Below, piece after piece: positions 6,974 to 14,006 of a stretch of 25,504 nt of DNA; the first letter of the stretch is position 1, and each line of letters begins with the position of its first letter. The DNA is from a virus. Below the pieces are notes generated by a model that saw only the letters and a list, made by a program, of their open reading frames with translations, was not told the DNA's origin and did not search any database. Both the position numbers and the translations under genes were made by a program. The DNA lies in IMG/VR virus record IMGVR_UViG_3300006738_000075, one strand, 5' to 3'.

Positions 6974-8841
6974 TGTATTTAGAAGTTGCAATAGAAAGCC
7001 CTCGTAAAAGAGGGCTTCTTGTTGCACTAGACAGTCTTCCACATATCCTAGTAACAGAAGGTAAGAAAAAGGCAGTATATCGTAGTACTTATTTATATTA
7101 CGATGATGCCATTGATTACCAAAAGGCAAATGGAACTTTACGTGATTTTCAGGGAATGCGTGGGCTTGATCAGATTATCATAGATATAGACAAGAAAGAT
7201 AATTCTGATAAGTACACTCAAGAAAAGGCACAAAGTATCATTTTTGACCTTTATGAACTAGGTGTGACGGATGGTAATATCCAACCCTACTTTAGCGGGA
7301 CAGGTTATCATATTGCTATTTCCAATAACCTATTTAATATAGAGCCTTCTAAGAATACTCCTTATATTTTAAGAGAGACAATGAGGAAGATATTTGATGA
7401 TATTGACATTTCTATTTATAATAGGACTGGAATATATCGAATGGAACATACCTTAAATTCAAAACGAGGTTATTATAAGATACCATTAAGTATAAGAGAA
7501 TTATTAAATCTTAGTCCAGAACAAATAAAAAACTTAGCAGAAAGACAAAGATTTGAGTTCAATTATAAAGATATTTCCGATGTTGATGATAAGGAAAAAC
7601 TCAAAGGTTATGTAGTAAGAAATGTTCCTCAAGTTAGGGAACTTCAAACAACCTTTGAACCAAAGAATGTGGTTACTTGTTTACAAGCAATATATAGAGA
7701 AGGACCACAAGAGGGAAATAGAAATCACGCAATATTAAGATTTGCTTCCCATTATCTTCGACACGGTATTCCATCTGAGGCTGCGAAAGCAGCTATATTG
7801 AATTGGAATAATGATAGTCTTGACGAACAAGGAGTCCTTCAAAAGATAGAAGACACTTATAACCGTGGTTATCGTTATGGTTGTAATGACTTTTTATTAA
7901 AGGAATATTGTAGTCCAAGATGCGTATATTATAAGAATAAAGATTACCTCGTTGAAATAAAGAATAGTGATGATATGCAAAAAGCATTGGAAGAACGAGT
8001 AAGTGCAAACTTTGATGGAAGAGTAATCTGCTTAGACGAATTATTTGGTCTTCAAGGCAAAGATATAACAATATATCCTGGTGAACTTGTGACAATATTT
8101 GGGCCGACAGGTACTAATAAAACTACATTGGCACAAAATATAGCACTAGGATACGATGCCTATAATGACCTAATTAGAAGTGAATTACAAATTCCTACAC
8201 TCTATTTATCATTAGAACTTACAGATTGGTATAGTCATAAAAGACATCTTCAAATAGTTAGTGGTATGAGTAAAAAGGAAATTGAGGAAAATCTAAAGGA
8301 AATGTATCAATTCCATAGAGAGAATATTTCTCATATTGCCATTAATACTGTAAGTCCAACGATAAAGAAAATTCGGGAAATGGTACAAAATGTACAACCC
8401 AGATGTGTAATTGTCGACTATATAGACCTTGTAGAGCCTCCTGGACACATACGAGGAGAATATGAGTCTATAAGATATATAAGTCATGCACTTTCAAATC
8501 TTGCAATTAATATGGATATTATTATTATCCAATTGTCTCAAACTAGTAGAGAATATTCAAGGAAGGAAGTACTTGATCTTTATGCTGGAAAGGGATCAGG
8601 GGCTATTGAAAATGCCTCAAGAAAGGTAATTGGTATCAGTGGAAATGCTCAAAGAAAAGATCGTAAGGTAGAAATGTTTAAGAATACTGATGGCGAACTC
8701 TTTGAAGTAGATTTAACATGGACACCAAGTTTTAGATTAATACGTCAAGATCGTGTTAATTTAGGAGAATCAGTTACTACAAATAGAACAATACTTACAT
8801 TGGAGCAGAAAGATGACAATAAGACAACAAACGTCGTATAA
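6973..8841 (+). CDS. Bifunctional primase-helicase (AEP/PrimPol-like N-terminus, PriCT-like domain, DnaB/SF4 helicase C-terminus), 622 aa
   Basis: IIIDIDKK (DxD), YFSGTGYHI, GNRNHAILRFA, Cys cluster (GCND...YCSPRC), GELVTIFGPTGTNKT, LSLEL, VIVDYIDL, QLSQ, KGSGAIEN. Confidence 0.88.
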   Translation: MYLEVAIESPRKRGLLVALDSLPHILVTEGKKKAVYRSTYLYYDDAIDYQKANGTLRDFQGMRGLDQIIIDIDKKDNSDKYTQEKAQSIIFDLYELGVTDGNIQPYFSGTGYHIAISNNLFNIEPSKNTPYILRETMRKIFDDIDISIYNRTGIYRMEHTLNSKRGYYKIPLSIRELLNLSPEQIKNLAERQRFEFNYKDISDVDDKEKLKGYVVRNVPQVRELQTTFEPKNVVTCLQAIYREGPQEGNRNHAILRFASHYLRHGIPSEAAKAAILNWNNDSLDEQGVLQKIEDTYNRGYRYGCNDFLLKEYCSPRCVYYKNKDYLVEIKNSDDMQKALEERVSANFDGRVICLDELFGLQGKDITIYPGELVTIFGPTGTNKTTLAQNIALGYDAYNDLIRSELQIPTLYLSLELTDWYSHKRHLQIVSGMSKKEIEENLKEMYQFHRENISHIAINTVSPTIKKIREMVQNVQPRCVIVDYIDLVEPPGHIRGEYESIRYISHALSNLAINMDIIIIQLSQTSREYSRKEVLDLYAGKGSGAIENASRKVIGISGNAQRKDRKVEMFKNTDGELFEVDLTWTPSFRLIRQDRVNLGESVTTNRTILTLEQKDDNKTTNVV

Positions 8842-9430
8842 TAAAATGACATCTAGTGAGCTTATTGGCGAGCATATTGACCTAATAAATGAAAAGATGA
8901 TGCTAGAAAATGAGTTACTGCACAGGGATCAATTAAGTTCATCAGGTTTAGAAGAGACTGAATCTGAATATAAACATGTTGTTAATGAACTTACTATCTT
9001 ACAGCAGACATTGAAAAAGAAAATGGATAATATTGATAAGTTTATGGTCAATCTAAATAAAAGGAAACATCTCATAGTTGGCGAAATAGAGGCACAGACT
9101 TTTGAGATGACACGCCTAAAGAAACGTAAGAATGCCATAAGTAGTACTCTTCAATATTTTAATGAACATCTTCTACCATCTATTATACATGAGATAGGTG
9201 ATAAGAATGGAGTATTTGAAACCAATACCGCTAGATATAAACTATACAACTCGTATGGACCAGTAAAGATAGATGAACAGTCACTTGGGGATGATTATAA
9301 ACAAGTAAAGATGGTAGATTCTATCAACAAAACAAAGGCTAGAAAAGACGCCATTTACGCCCACAAAGCTGGTACACAATTTCCAGATGGGATATCTATA
9401 TATCAAGTTGAAAAAGTTAGAAGATCATAA
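8813..9430 (+). CDS. Gp157/Gam-like coiled-coil protein, 205 aa
   Basis: Long coiled coil (KMDNIDKF...EIEAQTFEMTRLKKRK) followed by FETNTARY...VKIDE...INKT...AGTQFPDG, matching the siphovirus Gp157 pattern; in a recombination module. Confidence 0.7.
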   Translation: MTIRQQTSYNKMTSSELIGEHIDLINEKMMLENELLHRDQLSSSGLEETESEYKHVVNELTILQQTLKKKMDNIDKFMVNLNKRKHLIVGEIEAQTFEMTRLKKRKNAISSTLQYFNEHLLPSIIHEIGDKNGVFETNTARYKLYNSYGPVKIDEQSLGDDYKQVKMVDSINKTKARKDAIYAHKAGTQFPDGISIYQVEKVRRS

Positions 9431-9431
9431 T

Positions 9432-9635
9432 ATGTTTAAAATATATATTTGGTCTGGTGGCTTTCAAATGTTTTTATTAAGATATTTTCATTTGGCAATG
9501 TTGTTTGATGTGGATGAACGTGGAGAATATTTCCAGGTAACATTAGGTATCTGGAAACCAACAATAACAATACAAATAGGAACAATTAACTATGACAAAA
9601 AAAACTCAAGGAGAACGAATCTTAAAAATACTTGA
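9432..9635 (+). CDS. Hypothetical protein (likely start 9432, MFKIYIWSGG)
   Basis: ATG one base after the upstream TAA; the track ORF 9387..9635 overlaps the upstream gene. Confidence 0.55.
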   Translation: MFKIYIWSGGFQMFLLRYFHLAMLFDVDERGEYFQVTLGIWKPTITIQIGTINYDKKNSRRTNLKNT

Positions 9636-9789
9636 AAATGGTGACACATTAACTCCTATGTCAGCATCTACACAAGGTTTGGGGATAAGGTTGGCTGCTC
9701 GCATATTTGATTTACGTCAAAAGGGTCATTCAATTGAGACACTTAGAGACAATACTTTAGGTGTAGCAAGATATAGGATGGTAAGATGA
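9592..9789 (+). CDS. Small winged helix-turn-helix protein (HTH_39-like), 65 aa
   Basis: TQGERILKILENGDTLTPMSA...RLAARIFDLRQKGHSIET matches the common phage TQ..RIL..L..G.SIT..EA...RLAARI.DLR..G..I pattern. Confidence 0.78.
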   Translation: MTKKTQGERILKILENGDTLTPMSASTQGLGIRLAARIFDLRQKGHSIETLRDNTLGVARYRMVR

Positions 9790-9923
9790 AATACATGAAC
9801 CCATTCTATAGAAGTAATCGTAAGTTTTCACGAATATGGAGAACACTTAAACAGCTCCGTCATAGAATACAATTACTCGAAGAGGAGTTTTCTACATTAC
9901 GTTCAAGAACTCCTAAGAAGTAA
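9786..9923 (+). CDS. Small basic protein, 45 aa (MKYMNPFYRSNRKFSRIWRTLKQLRHRIQLLEEEFSTLRSRTPKK); not in track
   Basis: ATGA overlap with the HTH stop; heptad-like helix; TAA 9921-9923. Confidence 0.55.
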   Translation: MKYMNPFYRSNRKFSRIWRTLKQLRHRIQLLEEEFSTLRSRTPKK

Positions 9924-9929
9924 TATAAC

Positions 9930-10232
9930 TAAGAAACAGATAAAAAATCCAGTGGCGAGGGAAGGGAATTCTCAAAAGAGTATATGTGACCATGATCGCG
10001 AAAATCTTCGCCCGAAAGGCACAATACTTTAGAGACTAAGAGCTAGATAGTAACAATACTTGATGGTTATACGATAGCATGTAATTCCAGTTTTCGATAC
10101 TCAGTTGTCCAAAGGGGTGGCTGACTAAAGTTAAGGGAAGTAGTTTAAGTACCTAAACTTATCCATGCTGGTTATGTTGGGTTATCTAATCATCAGACAT
10201 TTTCCCTCTAGTAAGATCGCCTCTGTTTCTTA
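9930..10232 (+). ncRNA. Candidate ~300-nt multi-branched non-coding RNA
   Basis: Long-range closure TAAGAAACAGA (9930-9940) / TCTGTTTCTTA (10222-10232), GGCGA/TCGCC and GAGGGAA/TTCCCTC; several internal hairpins; no ORF of substantial length. Confidence 0.6.
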
Positions 10233-10237
10233 TATAA

Positions 10238-10480
10238 ATGAATAAAATCCTAAAAAAGGTATCAGGCATACATAGACGTGGATTCTTATATGAAGAAAAG
10301 GAGAAGGAAATGGAAAAATGTACGAATATGTTAGACATAATCCCAGATGATGTCGATGTAACTCCTCATAAATATAAATATGCTGGATCGTATGATATTA
10401 ATATTGATGGGATAGGTGGTGACTATTGGGAATGTTCTGAATGTGGAAATATAGAGTTTGATGAACCAGATAATATATAA
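10238..10480 (+). CDS. Hypothetical protein with a C-terminal CxxC (WECSECG); possible true start 10310
   Basis: AAGGAG at 10298-10303 lies 6 nt before the in-frame ATG 10310. Confidence 0.6.
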   Translation: MNKILKKVSGIHRRGFLYEEKEKEMEKCTNMLDIIPDDVDVTPHKYKYAGSYDINIDGIGGDYWECSECGNIEFDEPDNI

Positions 10481-10895
10481 AAAGGTACTTTATCCAATAC
10501 ATAAGCAATTTTGGAAAAGAGCTAAGAAGAAACTTTCTCGTAAAATAACAGCACTGTACTCTAATCTTAAAAAAAGAAGTATGGCAATGGATATTAAATT
10601 TGATATAACAAGAAAAGAACTAGAGAAAATGTTTCTTGACAACTATGGGAAACAATGTGTATATTGCAGTAATATATTATCAATAAAGACAATTGCTTGC
10701 GATCACATCATTCCCATGGTAAAGGGTGGAGAAAGCACGGCAACCAACCTTAGGCTTGTATGTAAAACTTGCAATACACGAAAAGGCCCACTGGATGAAG
10801 AGGACTTCAAAAAGATTATAAAATGGATAAGTAGACAATCAGAAGAGGTAGAGGCATATCTCTTACGTAAACTAGCAAAGGGAGGAAAGTACTAA
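10458..10895 (+). CDS. HNH endonuclease (McrA-like, zinc-binding), ~145 aa
   Basis: CVYC...DHIIPMVKGG...NLRLVCKTCNTRKG; basic N-terminal helix; ATG at 10461. Confidence 0.9.
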   Translation: MMNQIIYKKVLYPIHKQFWKRAKKKLSRKITALYSNLKKRSMAMDIKFDITRKELEKMFLDNYGKQCVYCSNILSIKTIACDHIIPMVKGGESTATNLRLVCKTCNTRKGPLDEEDFKKIIKWISRQSEEVEAYLLRKLAKGGKY

Positions 10896-10896
10896 T

Positions 10897-11292
10897 ATGA
10901 AATTCTATAAAAGAGGATCTTCAGACAATAATTGGCTGGAAAGTAAATACGCAAGAAAGAGCCAAGCAGAACGAGATACTATAGTTTGGTACTTTACTAA
11001 TCATCCCATATTCGGTAGCACTGAGTGGTTTGATAGTGACAAGGTATTGCATACACGAAATAGGGTAAATGGGAATAGGTTATATAGCAACCCTACGAAA
11101 GCAATAGGTCGAAATGTAGAAAGAGTAGGAAGAGGCAGAAAGAATCGTAACAGTGTTCCATTTAGATGCAGCGATTGCAAAAAAGCTTGGCAAAAAGTGG
11201 ATGAAACTTATAACAAGGGTATTAGTTACTTAGCAAAAAGTATATGGAAAAATATACCATTAGACGATAGGAGGTGTCCAAATTGTGAATAG
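10897..11292 (+). CDS. Hypothetical zinc-ribbon protein, 131 aa
   Basis: CSDC...CPNC pair; GGGAGG SD. Confidence 0.7.
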   Translation: MKFYKRGSSDNNWLESKYARKSQAERDTIVWYFTNHPIFGSTEWFDSDKVLHTRNRVNGNRLYSNPTKAIGRNVERVGRGRKNRNSVPFRCSDCKKAWQKVDETYNKGISYLAKSIWKNIPLDDRRCPNCE

Positions 11293-11518
11293 AGTACCGA
11301 AGAGTAAGGGTTCAATAACCATACAATTAAGTATTGATGAGATAAAGAATATAATATTTAGCTTACAAAGCATAGCTACTCACAATATTGAAAGTAAGGA
11401 AATCTACAATGATAAATATGCTAGCTTAGTAAATGACCTATCAATTGGCTTGGCAGATTATTATAAAAGAGAAAAGGCTATCCATGAATGGGATAATGAA
11501 CTTAAATCCGAAGGATAA
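11285..11518 (+). CDS. Hypothetical protein, 77 aa
   Basis: GTG start with AGGAGGT at 11269-11275; overlaps the upstream stop. Confidence 0.65.
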   Translation: MNRVPKSKGSITIQLSIDEIKNIIFSLQSIATHNIESKEIYNDKYASLVNDLSIGLADYYKREKAIHEWDNELKSEG

Positions 11519-11837
11519 TTTCGTGAGACTATGCGACGCCTGTGATCGACCAGCAGAATACGAATATACTGACTGGGATGAAGAAGAACAAAGGACAATT
11601 ACGATTGGATTTTGTTGCGAAACAAATCACGAAATATTCGATGAATTACGTCACCGGATTGAAACGGAAATACGAGACTTAGTAGATACGTTTGAAGGTA
11701 GGAAATCATACCCACAAAAACTACCTATTGACGAAGAGTCTCAGCATGGAATACCGGAAGACGACCAAATAGCAAAAGCTCACAAGTTTATCAAAAAGAT
11801 AGGGCTAGATGACTATCCTTATGATGAAGAGTTCTAA
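11433..11837 (+). CDS. Acidic hypothetical protein with Cys motif (CDAC...CC); true start probably 11484 or 11496
   Basis: Open frame continuing the operon; start position uncertain. Confidence 0.6.
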   Translation: MTYQLAWQIIIKEKRLSMNGIMNLNPKDNFVRLCDACDRPAEYEYTDWDEEEQRTITIGFCCETNHEIFDELRHRIETEIRDLVDTFEGRKSYPQKLPIDEESQHGIPEDDQIAKAHKFIKKIGLDDYPYDEEF

Positions 11838-11838
11838 G

Positions 11839-11923
11839 AGGTTAAAACTAAAGTGCCTAAAACAATAAACGCTCAGGTTAAGGTAAGAAGTAGTTGGCTG
11901 GTGGGTACTACCGAGTTTTAACC
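11839..11923 (+). promoter_or_regulatory. Intergenic stem module upstream of an RBS
   Basis: AGGTTAAA (11839-11846) / TTTAACCT (11916-11923), inner GTAGT/ACTAC; AGGAG follows at 11930. Confidence 0.45.
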
Positions 11924-11941
11924 TAAATTTAGGAGAAAATA

Positions 11942-12154
11942 ATGATAAGCTTTGAAGGAAAAACTGCGCAAAAATATTGCTCAAATTATCGTCGTGGTAT
12001 ATGTGAAGGTGTACACATAGAGGCCCAAGCCATTAAGGGTTTCACCACTCCTGTCCTCCTATACATCGACGATAAGAAAGCTGGGAAGAAATGTACAACC
12101 ATTGTAGAAAAATGTGGTTTTTACAAAAGTGTTGTTCTTCCCGGAGTGCCATAG
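11942..12154 (+). CDS. Small Cys-rich hypothetical protein, 70 aa
   Basis: AGGAG SD; four Cys (YCSNY...ICEG...KCTT...KCGF); last gene before the terminator. Confidence 0.7.
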   Translation: MISFEGKTAQKYCSNYRRGICEGVHIEAQAIKGFTTPVLLYIDDKKAGKKCTTIVEKCGFYKSVVLPGVP

Positions 12155-12174
12155 ATCCTCCATCTATACGGCAA

Positions 12175-12214
12175 GTAGGGCTCCCATGAAAATGGGAGTT
12201 CTACTATTTTTTTT
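12175..12214 (+). terminator. Rho-independent terminator of the + strand block
   Basis: 13-bp stem GTAGGGCTCCCAT / ATGGGAGTTCTAC, GAAA tetraloop, followed by TATTTTTTTT. Confidence 0.9.
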
Positions 12215-12395
12215 CACTCTCTACAAAATATCTGCGATTATTCGACCTATTTACTATTAACAGAATGACCGTCAATAGCCCTAAAACGCCGTTTACGGGA
12301 CTTTCTTGGTCAACCCTGTACATATACTAGTATAAATCATTTTAAAGCGAATTTTGGAAAATTTACCCCAAAATTGAAACTGGTTTTTAAGAAAC

Positions 12396-12422
12396 TTTTC
12401 GGGAGCCCCAGTGGCTCGAAAA
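12396..12422 (-). terminator. Possible terminator hairpin of the - strand block
   Basis: TTTTCG/CGAAAA and GAGC/GCTC arms ~20 nt past the 12441 stop; weak U-tract on the - strand. Confidence 0.35.
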
Positions 12423-12440
12423 CAGACTTTAATTGAGTTT

Positions 12441-12758
12441 TCATTCTTCCCTATACGGCTTTGTAGTCCTTGTCTTGCTTTTTCGCAAGCTAGAAGACCA
12501 ATCCTTATTTTTTATCCTATCAATTTTTATTTGATCAATTCTGGGGTCTTTCGATCCCATCTTTAAATTATGTTCATAGGTACCCATTGAAATTCGTTCT
12601 CTCGCCATTTTTTTTAATGTCGATCTAGAAAATTTAGATTCTGCCGTAGCTTTACGTATTGCACTAGCCATATCCTTCGAATATTTCGGGCTCCTTACCA
12701 TCTTGAGATATCTCCAAGCAACCTTCGCAGATTTTTTTAAAAAAATATTAGCAACCAT
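12441..12758 (-). CDS. Basic hypothetical protein, 105 aa
   Basis: AGGAG SD; Lys/Arg-rich; last gene of the virion block. Confidence 0.7.
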   Translation of the reverse strand: MVANIFLKKSAKVAWRYLKMVRSPKYSKDMASAIRKATAESKFSRSTLKKMARERISMGTYEHNLKMGSKDPRIDQIKIDRIKNKDWSSSLRKSKTRTTKPYREE

Positions 12759-12770
12759 TATTTCTCCTCT

Positions 12771-14006
12771 TTAGATTTTTAATAGCGCCTTCCTCCCAAG
12801 AAATTTAGCACCCTTGATACCGAGCTTTAACGCCAACCTACGTGCCTCTTTTAAATCATTTGCTTTAAGTGCTGCAAGAAAGCGTGACCTTAATGATTTC
12901 CTTGCATAAGTCCTAACTTTCTTCATCTTACTAGCATTAGTACTCCTGGCTACATTAAAATGCTGGTTTCTCTGAACATGTGAACTTTTTAGCACATCAT
13001 ATTTATCGCTAACTAAGATGTCATGTAAAAATCCACCACGAGGACCTTTCCACAACTTAATATTTACATTAGTTCCACCGACTAAATAATGAGGTTTATA
13101 GGCTGAGCTATAATTTAACACAAGCTCGCCATTCTTGCCGACACTAAAATTCTTCATAAATTTACTAACTTCTTCTTCTCTAGATGCAACATTGGCATGC
13201 AATCTATTTACGCCTCTAAGACGAGTTCCCATTTGAACTATTCTATTTTCAGCTTGCCCTCTTACTGCATCCAGGTCATGTAAATCAACACCACTTCTCA
13301 ATACTTTATCAGCCATCTTAAACATGTGATCTTTTCTGGCGGCCTTTATAAGCTGACTCTTGTCACCCCCAACATTTAATATGTTACTAACAGATGCCTT
13401 TGCATCACCACTAAGACCCCATTTATTTATTGCACCCTCATGTCCCTTAAAAATAGTCTTTACATCTGTTCTTGTTGGCCTAGAAAGACCCTTCTCAACC
13501 ATTAGAGAGCCACTATACTTGTTACCCATTGTATATCTTACGAGCTGATTTTTTAATATCTCATGTCTACCAAGCCTCTTGTATTTACCAAGACCAAACC
13601 TTTTTGGCTTTTCTCCCTTTAACTCTGCAAATTCAGCAGCTTGTTCTATTTTAATTTGGTTCGCAGCATGATTTAGCTCGGCTGGAGTAGTATGACCCCA
13701 GTCTCTCATAATTTTCTCAGTATATTTTATTTTAGCAGAGTCAGACATACCTTTAGGAAACTCATCTGGATTGTTCTTAATAAATGTCTGAACTTCATTC
13801 CTCCAGTTGTTCAACATGTGACCCAAAAATAATCTACCTTTCTTTGCACCCTTGCTATAAAAATCTTCTATTAAAGTACTTCTCCTCTCTGGAAGAGCAC
13901 TTAACATCCTTGTTATGGGAGTATGTTTTAGAGCATGGGTCCCACCAACTACTGCCCCATAAACACCTGCAGCACCCAATAAACCACGCTCTACATCTCT
14001 GTCCAT
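12771..14006 (-). CDS. Basic putative internal virion protein, 411 aa
   Basis: TAATG overlap with the vRNAP stop; N-terminal Gly/Ala hydrophobic segment; very Lys/Arg-rich. Function inferred from context. Confidence 0.6.
   Translation of the reverse strand: MDRDVERGLLGAAGVYGAVVGGTHALKHTPITRMLSALPERRSTLIEDFYSKGAKKGRLFLGHMLNNWRNEVQTFIKNNPDEFPKGMSDSAKIKYTEKIMRDWGHTTPAELNHAANQIKIEQAAEFAELKGEKPKRFGLGKYKRLGRHEILKNQLVRYTMGNKYSGSLMVEKGLSRPTRTDVKTIFKGHEGAINKWGLSGDAKASVSNILNVGGDKSQLIKAARKDHMFKMADKVLRSGVDLHDLDAVRGQAENRIVQMGTRLRGVNRLHANVASREEEVSKFMKNFSVGKNGELVLNYSSAYKPHYLVGGTNVNIKLWKGPRGGFLHDILVSDKYDVLKSSHVQRNQHFNVARSTNASKMKKVRTYARKSLRSRFLAALKANDLKEARRLALKLGIKGAKFLGRKALLKI

Noticed and set aside
9930-10232. 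Group I intron suggested by AGAGACTA (R-like element)
   Set aside because: No matching S element (AAGAUAUAGUC) or room for P3/P8, and no interrupted host gene is evident.
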